Below the pieces are notes generated by a model. That model saw only the letters and a program-made list of their open reading frames with translations. It made no database searches and was not told the DNA's origin. From NCBI RefSeq assembly GCF_000185985.2, contig NC_014909.2, positions 210,001 through 242,000 of the forward strand: a DNA stretch of 32,000 nucleotides. The letters are read 5' to 3'. The position numbers and the translations under genes are program-made. This document shows positions 8,653 to 18,081 of this stretch, piece by piece (position 1 is the stretch's first letter; each line of letters begins with the position of its first letter). Source of the DNA: Candidatus Saccharimonadota bacterium (GTDB taxonomy: Bacteria > Pseudomonadota > Gammaproteobacteria > Enterobacterales > Enterobacteriaceae).

Positions 8653-9438
8653 TCATTTATTTTCAGAAATAATTTTATTTACTATATTGGATTGATCTAA
8701 TAAAGATACTTTTTGATATGCTCGTTTCATATAATATAATGCTTCATAAGTAGCTGGAGTATTTGGAAAGTAACGTAGCATTCTTTCTGATCGTAGAATT
8801 ACTGATATATAAGAATTTCTTTGATCGTAGAATTTGATGATGGCTAATTCATAATTAGCTATTCTATTTTTTAAGATGATTAAACGTTTATAAGCGTCTA
8901 TGTAATATTGACTATTAGGATGGTTTTGAATAATTTTAGAGAAACTATGAAATGCAATATTTGCGTAGCTTGGGTTATGTTTGAACCAACTTTTATGCCA
9001 GTATTTGTGCGCAAAGTAGGAATTATTTTTATCTAAATTCATATTAATTAATCCTTGCATATATAAAACATAGTCAAGGTTTTTGTGATTAGGATATGAA
9101 CTTAAAAAACGTTGAATAAAATTATTAGCTGATTGAAAATCGTGCAATTTATAATATGCGTAAATTAAGTCTAAGTAAATTTGTTGAGGATAGGGTTCAA
9201 ACGGATGTAAATTATTTAAACGTAATAATTTTTGAATTGATTCTGTATAATTATTGTGTAGAAGCTTATCATGAGCAGATTTATAAAGATCACTAGAGTT
9301 TTGATGTTTTATTTTATGATGAGATTTTGCCATTAAGAAAGATGTACTGAAAATATTTATAATCAATATAGATGATAATAATATATATGGTTTAATGAAT
9401 TTTATTTTTTGATTATTTTTATTATTAATTTTCATCAT
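8653..9438 (-). CDS. bamD: Outer-membrane protein assembly factor BamD (YfiO), TPR-like
   Basis: HPFEPYPQQIYLDLIYAYYK, YPNHKNLDYVLYMQGL, HPNSQYYIDAYKRLIILKNRIANYE and FPNTPATYEAL align with E. coli BamD. It is divergent from rluD, as in E. coli. Confidence 0.87.
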   Translation of the reverse strand: MMKINNKNNQKIKFIKPYILLSSILIINIFSTSFLMAKSHHKIKHQNSSDLYKSAHDKLLHNNYTESIQKLLRLNNLHPFEPYPQQIYLDLIYAYYKLHDFQSANNFIQRFLSSYPNHKNLDYVLYMQGLINMNLDKNNSYFAHKYWHKSWFKHNPSYANIAFHSFSKIIQNHPNSQYYIDAYKRLIILKNRIANYELAIIKFYDQRNSYISVILRSERMLRYFPNTPATYEALYYMKRAYQKVSLLDQSNIVNKIISENK

Positions 9439-9493
9439 AAGTAAGATTTTAATATATCATTAAAACATTTATATGTTTTTTATTAAATAATAT

Positions 9494-10495
9494 ATGTTAG
9501 AAAAAATATATGATAATATAACAATTAAACCTATAGTTGTACAAATAGCTTATTCAGGAAAACGGTTGGATTGGGTACTTTCTGAGTTATTACCTCAATT
9601 TTCTCGTTCTCAAATAAAACGATGGATTATTAATAAAAAGGTAGTAATTAATAATCAAATATCTGTTTTACCAAAAAAAAAAGTGATTTCGGGAGAAATC
9701 ATTGAAATTAATGATATAAATAATGATAGTACATCAGATTGCAATAATAATATTTTAATTCCACAAAATATTTCGTTAAATATAGTATATGAGGATAATG
9801 ATATTTTAGTAATTAATAAGCCAAGTAACATGGTAGTGCATCCTGGGGTTAAGAATAATAAGGACACCGTATTAAATGCGTTATTATATCGATATCCATC
9901 AATTATGCAAATATCGAAACAAGCTGGAATAGTACAACGCTTAGATAAAGATACAACAGGTTTGATGATTATAGCTAAAACTTATCTTGCATACACTAAC
10001 TTATTACAATCGTTTAAGATGAAACAGGTGATAAAAGAATATGATGCAGTAGTTTGTGGTACTTTTTCTTATAACGCAGGAATTATAAGTCAACCCATTC
10101 GAAGGCATTCTATTAATAGAACTTGTATGACCGTTCACCCTCATGGGAAACCTGCTGTTACCCGTTATTCTGTTGTAGAATCTTTTGGTCGTACATATAG
10201 TAGAATCCGGGTATATTTAGAAACAGGAAGAACTCATCAGATTAGGGTTCATATGGCTTATATTAATCATCCGGTAGTAGGGGATGTGAAATATGGAATT
10301 AAATTTAAAAATTCTACTACTGGGAAGTTGAGTATATCTGATGACGTAAGTATTTGTTTAAGTAGTTTTAATAGACAAGCGCTACATGCATGTAAATTAC
10401 AATTGGTTCATCCAATTACTAGACTAAAAATGCATTGGATCGTACCTTTACCTGAAGATATGTTAAAATTAGTTACTGTTTTGAAAAAAATGTAA
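9494..10495 (+). CDS. rluD: 23S rRNA pseudouridine synthase RluD
   Basis: LNIVYEDNDILVINKP, VHPG, GIVQRLDKDTTGLMIIAK and LETGRTHQIRVHMAYINHPVVGD are RluA-family catalytic motifs. An S4-like N-terminus is present. Confidence 0.93.
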   Translation: MLEKIYDNITIKPIVVQIAYSGKRLDWVLSELLPQFSRSQIKRWIINKKVVINNQISVLPKKKVISGEIIEINDINNDSTSDCNNNILIPQNISLNIVYEDNDILVINKPSNMVVHPGVKNNKDTVLNALLYRYPSIMQISKQAGIVQRLDKDTTGLMIIAKTYLAYTNLLQSFKMKQVIKEYDAVVCGTFSYNAGIISQPIRRHSINRTCMTVHPHGKPAVTRYSVVESFGRTYSRIRVYLETGRTHQIRVHMAYINHPVVGDVKYGIKFKNSTTGKLSISDDVSICLSSFNRQALHACKLQLVHPITRLKMHWIVPLPEDMLKLVTVLKKM

Positions 10496-10730
10496 AACTT
10501 ATTAAGTTATATATTATAAGTTAGGTATAGTAAAATTTAGAATGTGTGTTATATGGTATTAATATGCATTGATGTATATAGAGTTTTATTTATCAAGCTT
10601 ATGGTATGTAAGTAATAGTATGTTCACAAATTGTTTTACATATAATATTTGATATTATCATGGATAATTATAGTTGTTTTATTTTAGGGTTGATAAGTTT
10701 AATTATCACAAAAAAAAATGGTAATAATAT

Positions 10731-13319
10731 ATGAGATTAGATCGTTTTACTTATGACTTTCAATTAGCGTTATCCGATGCTCAGTCCATTGCATTAGGTC
10801 GAGATAATCAGTTTGTAGAGCCTATACATTTAATGTATGCTTTTTTAAAGGAAGAGAATGAATCAATATATGTATTATTAAATGAATCAGGGGTTAATAT
10901 CAATAAATTAACTAAATTAGTAATACAAGCGTGTGATGCGTTACCTACTGTAGAAGGTATTGGTGGAGACATACAATTTTCTAGTAATTTAATTACAGTA
11001 TTAAATTTATGTGATAAATTGTCTCAGAAATATAAAGAGACTGTGATTTCTTCAACTATTTTTGTATTAGCCTCTATTAAATCAGCAGGTGTTTTGAGTG
11101 ATATTTTAAAAGAGTCAGGAATGACTGAGATACATTTAGAAAAATCAATTCAATTGTTACGAGAAAATAATTTTATGCATGGTAATAGTTCAAAAAATAA
11201 TGTTAAGCAAATATTAAAAAAATTTACTGTTGATATCACGAAATTTGCTGAACAAGGTAATTTAGATCCGGTTATTGGTAGGGATGAAGAGATTAGACGA
11301 ACTATACAAGTTTTACAAAGAAGGACTAAAAATAACCCCGTTCTTATAGGTAATCCTGGAGTGGGGAAAACAGCTATTGTGGAAGGATTAGCTCAGCGTA
11401 TTATTAATGGAGAAGTTCCAGATGGATTGAAAAATAGCCGTATATTATCATTAGATATAGCGGCCTTATTGGCTGGAACAAAATATCGTGGAGAATTTGA
11501 AGAACGTTTTAAAAAAGTATTAAATTCTTTGGTTAGTAAAGATAGTAATATTATTTTATTTATTGATGAATTGCATGTTATGGTAGGAGCTGGTAAAACA
11601 GACGGGGCAATGGATGCAAGTAACATGATTAAACCAAAATTAGCAAGAGGAGAATTGCATTGTGTGGGTGCAACAACATTTGATGAATATAGTAAATATA
11701 TTGAAAAAGATGCTGCTTTAGAAAGACGATTCCAAAAAATATTTATTATTGAGCCTAACATTAAAGATACAATAGCTATTCTTCGTGGATTAAAGGAACG
11801 TTATGAATTACATCATAATGTTCACATTACTGATCCTGCAATAGTAGCTGCAGCGACTTTATCTAAAAGATATATTTCTGATCGTCAATTACCGGATAAA
11901 GCTATTGATTTAATTGATGAAGCAGCTTCTAGTATTCGTATACAGATTGATTCAAAACCAGAGGATTTGGATAGATTAGATCGTCGAATTATACAATTAA
12001 AATTAGAAAAACAGGCATTAAAAAAGGAATCGGATAAAGCTAGTAAAAAACGTTTAGAGATATTAAAAAAGGAATTAATGGAACAAGAAAGTGCATATCT
12101 TGTTTTGGAATCAGAATGGAAACGTGAAAAAAGCTCTTTATCTGATATACAAAATATCAAATCTGATTTGGAAAAAGCTAAAATTGCTTTAGAGCAAGCA
12201 CGACGTTTTGGGGATTTAGATAAAATGTCTGAGTTACAATATGGCAGTATACCGTCATTAGAAAAAAAATTATTAAATGCTACGCAATCTAATAATAAAA
12301 AAATGCGTCTTTTACGTAATTATGTATCTGAAACAGAAATTGCCGAAGTTTTATCTAAGTGGACGGGAATACCTATATCTAGGATATTAACTAACGAAAA
12401 ATGTAAATTATTGAATATGGAAAAAATTTTACATCAATTAGTAATAGGTCAGGATGATGCGGTTCAATCTGTTTCTAATGCAATACGACGTAGTCGTTCT
12501 GGACTATCAGATCCTAAACGGCCTATAGGATCTTTTATGTTTTTAGGACCAACAGGTGTTGGAAAAACCGAATTGTGTAAATCATTATCTTATTTTTTGT
12601 TTGATACTGATAGTGCTATGGTACGTATAGATATGTCAGAATTCATGGAAAAACATTCTGTATCAAAGTTATTGGGCGCGCCTCCTGGGTATATTGGCTA
12701 TGAAACTGGAGGGTATTTAACAGAAGCGGTTCGTCGACGACCTTATTCTATAGTTTTATTAGATGAAATTGAAAAAGCACATTCAGATATCTTTAATGTT
12801 TTGTTACAAGTTTTAGATGATGGGAGATTAACCGATAATCAAGGTAGAACTATTAATTTTAGTAACACTGTCATGATTATGACTTCTAATTTGGGATCGG
12901 ATCTGATTCAAAAAAAATTTAAATCTTTGGATTATTTTGAAATGAAAACAATGGTATTAAATGTGGTAAATCAATATTTTAAACCGGAATTTATTAATAG
13001 AATAGATGAAATTGTAGTATTTCATCCTCTTAATATTGAGCATTTAATTAAAATTGCAAATATCCAATTAAAAGAGTTGTGTCATAGGTTGGAAGAGAAG
13101 GGGTATCCTTGTACTCATATAACTAAAGAAGCCTTGTTGTTTTTGTCCAAAATTGGGTACGATTCAGTATATGGAGCGCGTCCATTAAAACGTGTTATAC
13201 AGCAATATGTTGAAAATCCCTTATCTCAGAAAATATTGGCTGAACATTTTTTACCAGGTAAAAAAATTATTTTAGATGTTAAAAATAATGAAATTATTTT
13301 TTCTCAGAATGAAATTTAA
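10731..13319 (+). CDS. clpB: Disaggregase chaperone ClpB (two AAA+ modules plus middle domain)
   Basis: [35 protein letters not shown] matches the E. coli N-terminus. Walker A GNPGVGKT and GPTGVGKTE are present, and GARPLKR lies near the C-terminus. 862 aa. Confidence 0.98.
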   Translation: MRLDRFTYDFQLALSDAQSIALGRDNQFVEPIHLMYAFLKEENESIYVLLNESGVNINKLTKLVIQACDALPTVEGIGGDIQFSSNLITVLNLCDKLSQKYKETVISSTIFVLASIKSAGVLSDILKESGMTEIHLEKSIQLLRENNFMHGNSSKNNVKQILKKFTVDITKFAEQGNLDPVIGRDEEIRRTIQVLQRRTKNNPVLIGNPGVGKTAIVEGLAQRIINGEVPDGLKNSRILSLDIAALLAGTKYRGEFEERFKKVLNSLVSKDSNIILFIDELHVMVGAGKTDGAMDASNMIKPKLARGELHCVGATTFDEYSKYIEKDAALERRFQKIFIIEPNIKDTIAILRGLKERYELHHNVHITDPAIVAAATLSKRYISDRQLPDKAIDLIDEAASSIRIQIDSKPEDLDRLDRRIIQLKLEKQALKKESDKASKKRLEILKKELMEQESAYLVLESEWKREKSSLSDIQNIKSDLEKAKIALEQARRFGDLDKMSELQYGSIPSLEKKLLNATQSNNKKMRLLRNYVSETEIAEVLSKWTGIPISRILTNEKCKLLNMEKILHQLVIGQDDAVQSVSNAIRRSRSGLSDPKRPIGSFMFLGPTGVGKTELCKSLSYFLFDTDSAMVRIDMSEFMEKHSVSKLLGAPPGYIGYETGGYLTEAVRRRPYSIVLLDEIEKAHSDIFNVLLQVLDDGRLTDNQGRTINFSNTVMIMTSNLGSDLIQKKFKSLDYFEMKTMVLNVVNQYFKPEFINRIDEIVVFHPLNIEHLIKIANIQLKELCHRLEEKGYPCTHITKEALLFLSKIGYDSVYGARPLKRVIQQYVENPLSQKILAEHFLPGKKIILDVKNNEIIFSQNEI

Positions 13320-13578
13320 AAAATTAAAAGAAAGTTTATTTAGTTCATCATATTGAATGTAAAATAATTATGTAGTCCATTAGTAATGTGTATAAATTTA
13401 TCTAGTCAATGCTACAAAATAGTACATCTTTTATTTTTAAGATATAAAAGTAGTAGATTTATTGTAATTTATTATATTGTGTTAGAATAATAGCGATCCG
13501 ATTATATTAAAAAGGTATAAATAATTTTTATATACTATTATATGATAATAGTGTGTTTTATTTTTTTAAAAATAAGAT

Positions 13579-14619
13579 ATGAAGCATTGTGTACAATTAA
13601 AATTATTAAATACTTTTTCAGTTAGTGCATATGCTGATCAATTAGTTGAAGTTTATGATGAATGTTCATTGTTGCATTATTGGGAAAAGAGTCAAAGAGA
13701 TGGGAGGGGGGTTCTTATTTTAGGAGCAGGAAGCAATATTTTGTTTTTGGGAGATTATAGAGGTACTGTTTTGTTAAATAGGATTAAGGGTATTTTTATT
13801 ACGGAAAGTAAAGTAGAATGGAGATTACATGTTGGAGCTGGAGAGCGATGGAATAAATTAGTTGCATATACTATAAATAATAATATTCCTGGTTTAGAAA
13901 ATTTAGCATGTATTCCAGGATGTGTTGGAGCGGCTCCAATTCAAAATATTGGAGCGTATGGGCTTGAATTTTCTCAGGTGTGTGAATATGTGGATGTATT
14001 AGATTTAGAGCAAAGAAAAAAAATACGTTTTTATTGTCATGAATGTTGTTTTAAATATAGAGAAAGTATTTTTAAAGTAAATTTGCATAAATATGCAATA
14101 TTATTTATAGGATTAAAACTACATAAACATTGGAAACCTATTTTACATTATCTTCAATTATATTATCCTAATTTGAGTTTATCTACTACTCCACATACAG
14201 TATTAAATGCTATTATTTTAATAAGACAAAAGAAATTGCCTGATCCTATGATTCATGGGAATGCTGGAAGTTTTTTTAAAAATCCAGTAGTATCAACAAA
14301 TACGGCTCTTTCTTTATTAAACAAATATCCGAATATGCCATATTATATTCATCAGAATGATAAAATAAAATTATTGGCTGGATGGTTGATTGAAAATTGT
14401 AAATTAAAAGGATATGTGTTAGGAGAAGCTTCAGTGTATTATAAAAATGCTTTAATATTAATTAATAATAGACAGAAAGCTACTGGTATGGAAATAGCAA
14501 AATTAGCATATTATGTATATAATAAAGTTGCAATAAAATTTAATATTTACTTACAACCTGAAGTTAGATTAATGGGGCAAATAGGAGAAATTAATTTAGT
14601 TAAAATGTTTAGCAATTAA
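13579..14619 (+). CDS. murB: UDP-N-acetylenolpyruvoylglucosamine reductase
   Basis: VLILGAGSNILFLGDYRGTVLLNRIKGI, PGLENLACIPGCVGAAPIQNIGAYG, KLPDPMIHGNAGSFFKNPVV and LLAGWLIENC align along the full length of E. coli MurB. Confidence 0.94.
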   Translation: MKHCVQLKLLNTFSVSAYADQLVEVYDECSLLHYWEKSQRDGRGVLILGAGSNILFLGDYRGTVLLNRIKGIFITESKVEWRLHVGAGERWNKLVAYTINNNIPGLENLACIPGCVGAAPIQNIGAYGLEFSQVCEYVDVLDLEQRKKIRFYCHECCFKYRESIFKVNLHKYAILFIGLKLHKHWKPILHYLQLYYPNLSLSTTPHTVLNAIILIRQKKLPDPMIHGNAGSFFKNPVVSTNTALSLLNKYPNMPYYIHQNDKIKLLAGWLIENCKLKGYVLGEASVYYKNALILINNRQKATGMEIAKLAYYVYNKVAIKFNIYLQPEVRLMGQIGEINLVKMFSN

Positions 14620-14754
14620 ATTTTTTATTATTAAATATACAATGATAGTATTAAGTTTTAATTTAGTAGAGTAAATATATTAGTATTTGTTTTGAATCTA
14701 ATTTTTATGTAAAAAGTTTTATCTGAGAATTGGAATGTAATTTGGATTAAAGTT

Positions 14755-15573
14755 TTGTTAAAATGTAAAAGAAATTGTTGTTTCTCTTTATTTCAGTCTA
14801 GCTTGAGTGAAGTTGAGATTTCAGCTCAATTATCAGAAGGAAGGGTAGTTGTGTTGGATATAATTCATTCTACAAGTCAATACATTATAGATAATTTGAA
14901 ATATGTAAAACCTGGAGATGTTTTTGTTACAGAAAATCAAACTCAAGGTCGAGGAAGGCGTGGAAATTTGTGGATTTCTCCTGATAAACAAAGTATTTGT
15001 TTGTCTATGTATTGGAGATTATCTCGAAAATTATTTACTACAATTGAGTTAAGTTTAATAATTAGTTTTGCTGTTTCAGAAGTTTTAAAAAGAATAGGAA
15101 TATTTCAAGTTAAAATTAAATGGCCTAATGATTTATACGTTAATGGTAAAAAATTGGCTGGAATTTTAATCGAAATAATAACAAAAAATAAAAATATATC
15201 TCATTTAATAATAGGAATAGGAATTAATGTATCTATATGTTTAAATACTAAATTAAATTTAAAAATGAGTGAAAGTTGGATAGATCTGAAAGATATTAAT
15301 ATTTATACAGATCGAAATATGTTAGTAGTTGATTTAGTCAATGAATTAAGAAGAACATTAAAACATTTTGAACACAATAGGTGTGTATTATTTAAGTATT
15401 ATAAACGAATCTTTGATTATTTATATAATAAGTCAGTAGCTTTGTTGATAGATGGTAATGTAAAATATGGTGTTGTTGTAGGGATTAATAGTGATGGATC
15501 GTTATTAGTAATGGACAGATTTGGAATTATTAGTGCATATTTGAAAGAAAATATATCTATTCAATTATTATAA
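14755..15573 (+). CDS. birA: Biotin--[acetyl-CoA-carboxylase] ligase, catalytic and C-terminal domains only (no N-terminal HTH)
   Basis: VLDIIHSTSQYIID, ENQTQGRGRRGNLWISP, LSMYWRL, KIKWPNDLYVNGKKLAGILIE and IGIGINV align with E. coli BirA from about residue 66 onward. The TTG start at 14755 is uncertain, and an in-frame TAA at 14710 closes the frame upstream. Confidence 0.85.
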   Translation: MLKCKRNCCFSLFQSSLSEVEISAQLSEGRVVVLDIIHSTSQYIIDNLKYVKPGDVFVTENQTQGRGRRGNLWISPDKQSICLSMYWRLSRKLFTTIELSLIISFAVSEVLKRIGIFQVKIKWPNDLYVNGKKLAGILIEIITKNKNISHLIIGIGINVSICLNTKLNLKMSESWIDLKDINIYTDRNMLVVDLVNELRRTLKHFEHNRCVLFKYYKRIFDYLYNKSVALLIDGNVKYGVVVGINSDGSLLVMDRFGIISAYLKENISIQLL

Positions 15574-16281
15574 AAATAATAATCTGTAATTCTGTAGGAT
15601 TAGAATAGAATTCTGAAATATAAAGAGATTTTAAGAGGTTTAAATTTTGAAAAAATTTATACCGTTCGTAAGGTTTGAAAGAATTTAATTAGTGTAGAGA
15701 TTTTTTATGTTATATGAATTAAACAAGGTGTTGATTAGGGTTATTTGATTTTATAAGTAATAGAAATAGGCTATATTTTTACAATTTTTTGTGATCCAAT
15801 TACTATTGGTTATTATGTGCTACTATAGTAGAGTATATTTCATAACGTGAGATTAAGATAATAATCTTGATTTATATAAATGAATTGATTTTGAGTTTTT
15901 TTGAAATTTAATGTCATTGATGGTACTATATTATAAATTTTAATTTTGATGGTGGATATGTTGATATTTTTAGCTCAAAGGTAAAATTGAAATGTAAGTT
16001 TGATAGGGTAATTGTTTTTATGTATGAGAAAGATATAAAATAGTTTATATTAGCTTCTAATGGGGCTTACGGGGTGTTTATTTCTAATAGATAAGTGAAT
16101 ATAGTGGGGTTTTATATTTTCAACATAGTTTAGTTATTATGTGAAACAAAAAAGAATTATAGTATTTTTTATAAAAAATTTTTAGAATACAAATATTTTT
16201 AAGGGTTATTGGAATTGATAATAAATTAAATGGAATCAGGATTAACTGATGTTAATTATTTTAATACTAGATTATTTTAAT

Positions 16282-16354
16282 GCCGGTGTAGCTCAGAAGG
16301 AAGAGCAACTGATTTGTAATCAGTAGGTCGAAGGTTCAAATCCTTTTGCCGGCA
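16282..16354 (+). tRNA. thrU: tRNA-Thr (anticodon UGU), no encoded CCA
   Basis: Hand-folded. Acceptor gccggtg/tgccggc (two G-U pairs), anticodon stem actga/tcagt with loop ttTGTaa, T arm gaagg-ttcaaat-ccttt. First gene of a thrU-tyrU-glyT-thrT-type cluster. Confidence 0.9.
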
Positions 16355-16383
16355 TTTTGAGTATAAATAATATATAATGATGG

Positions 16384-16465
<82 letters not shown>

Positions 16466-16580
16466 TTTTATTTTAATGAGTTACATCGGTAGGATTAATC
16501 GATGAACGAGAATATGTAAAGATTATACATTATATAAAAATTAAATAAGATGTAATAAATGAATTAAATACATAGGTAAG

Positions 16581-16652
16581 GTGGGCATCGTATAATGGTT
16601 ATTACCTCAACCTTCCAAGTTGATGATGTGGGTTCGATTCCCACTGTCCGCT
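16581..16652 (+). tRNA. glyT: tRNA-Gly (anticodon UCC), no encoded CCA
   Basis: gtgggcatcgtataatggttattacctcaaccTTCCaagttgatgatgtgggttcgattcccactgtccgct is nearly identical to E. coli glyT. The acceptor stem has two G-U pairs. Confidence 0.9.
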
Positions 16653-16710
16653 GTTTATTTTTCTAATTAATTATATATATTGTAAGAAATATTAAATAAA
16701 TAAATGAAGT

Positions 16711-16782
<72 letters not shown>

Positions 16783-16980
16783 TTATATATGGTGACAGCA
16801 TAATAGTTTATCGAGTAAAAATATTAAAAATTTTCATGAGTATAATAAAGGAATCTTGTGTTTTTGTATCATAGGTATTTCTTGAACAATGGATGCAGTA
16901 ATGTTAAAAAATCGGGGTAAACTATTAGTATATCCATATTAATAATTGTGTATATTTATATAATTGAGGAAACGATCAAT

Positions 16981-17451
16981 ATGAAAGGTGATAAAAGTAT
17001 TATTTCGAATCTTAACCGTTTGTTAAGTAATGAATTAATTGCTGTAAATCAATATTTCTTGCATTCAAAAATTTTTAAAAATTGGGGATTAAAACGTTTA
17101 AATGATATAGAACATACAGAGTTTATGGATGAACTAAAGCATGCAGATTTGTATATTGAACGTATTTTATTTTTAGAAGGGTCTCCTATTATAAGAAGTA
17201 TAAATGAATTTAGCATATGTAAAAATGTTGAAGATATCTTGCGTATGGATTTACAAATAGAGTATAATGGAATAAATGATTTAAAAGAAAGTATTAAAAA
17301 TGCTGATTTAGCACAAGATTATGTTTCTAAAAAAATTATGACAAAAGTTCTATGCGATGAAGAGAAACATGTTGGTTTTTTAGAAACAGAATTAGCTCTT
17401 ATTAATCAAATAGGTGTGAGTAATTATATGCAATCTCAGATGAATGGATAG
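16981..17451 (+). CDS. bfr: Bacterioferritin (156 aa), ferroxidase ligands intact, heme ligand Met52 replaced
   Basis: MKGDKSIISNLNRLLSNELIAVNQYFLHSKIFKNWGLKRLNDIEH... is co-linear with E. coli Bfr with no indels. GAGGA lies 10 nt upstream of ATG 16981. The track start at 16948 adds 11 unaligned residues. Confidence 0.93.
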   Translation: MKGDKSIISNLNRLLSNELIAVNQYFLHSKIFKNWGLKRLNDIEHTEFMDELKHADLYIERILFLEGSPIIRSINEFSICKNVEDILRMDLQIEYNGINDLKESIKNADLAQDYVSKKIMTKVLCDEEKHVGFLETELALINQIGVSNYMQSQMNG

Positions 17452-17668
17452 TTTTTAAGATTGGTAATGAAAATCAGACATATTGATGAAATGAGTTGGA
17501 GTTATATCGATCAATAAGGAATGTTGAATTGAGAGTTTTACTATGACAGTATATTGGTATGTATGCATTCTTACGATGTGAAATATGGTGTAATTTAAGT
17601 TATTTCTTATAGTGGAAATTTTATTATAAATTGGGATATTCTATTTACTAGAGGTGTAAAAATAAATA

Positions 17669-17980
17669 ATGCAGAATCAAAGGATTAGGATTCGTTTAAA
17701 AGCATTTGATCATAGGCTGATTGATAAGTCTACTTTAGAAATTGTTGAAACAGCAAAACGAACTGGAGCTCAAGTTCATGGTCCTGTCCCTTTGCCTACT
17801 AGAAAAGAACGGTTTACTATTTTAGTTTCTCCTCATGTTAATAAGGATGCTAGAGATCAATATGAAATACGTACTCATAAGAGATTGATAGATATAGTTG
17901 ACCCCACTGATAAGACTGTAGATGCCTTAATGAAATTAGATTTAGCCGCAGGAGTGGATGTACAAATTAGTCTTGGTTAA
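17669..17980 (+). CDS. rpsJ: 30S ribosomal protein S10
   Basis: [22 protein letters not shown]...[12 protein letters not shown] is a highly conserved S10 sequence. First gene of the S10 operon. Confidence 0.98.
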   Translation: MQNQRIRIRLKAFDHRLIDKSTLEIVETAKRTGAQVHGPVPLPTRKERFTILVSPHVNKDARDQYEIRTHKRLIDIVDPTDKTVDALMKLDLAAGVDVQISLG

Positions 17981-18081
17981 TTTTTATTAGAAAACCAGAA
18001 ATATTATTGCATGTAAATAAATTAATAAACATTCCAATAAAATACATAATTTTTTATTTATAGAGAGTATGAGTTGGCAGA

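Noticed and set aside
10496-10730. Sigma-32 heat-shock promoter upstream of clpB
   Set aside because: There is no CTTGAAA ... CCCCAT-like pair. TATAAT-like hexamers are abundant by chance in this AT-rich spacer and none has a convincing -35 partner at 17 bp spacing, so no promoter is called.
11393-12160. Antisense ORFs inside clpB (11393-11761 and 11885-12160, minus strand)
   Set aside because: They lie opposite a strongly conserved CDS, have low-complexity S/I/F/N-rich translations and match no recognisable family. The same reasoning applies to the antisense ORFs at 9655-9867 (in rluD), 18225-18428 (in rplC) and 21873-22061 (in rpsC).
13320-13578. Possible terminator hairpins after clpB (cttttat...ataaaag), and similar A/T-only stems after rplS, csrA, bfr and rplQ
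   Set aside because: The stems are 5-7 bp of pure A/T without a proper following T-run. Such structures are too weak and too common in this composition to be annotated as terminators.
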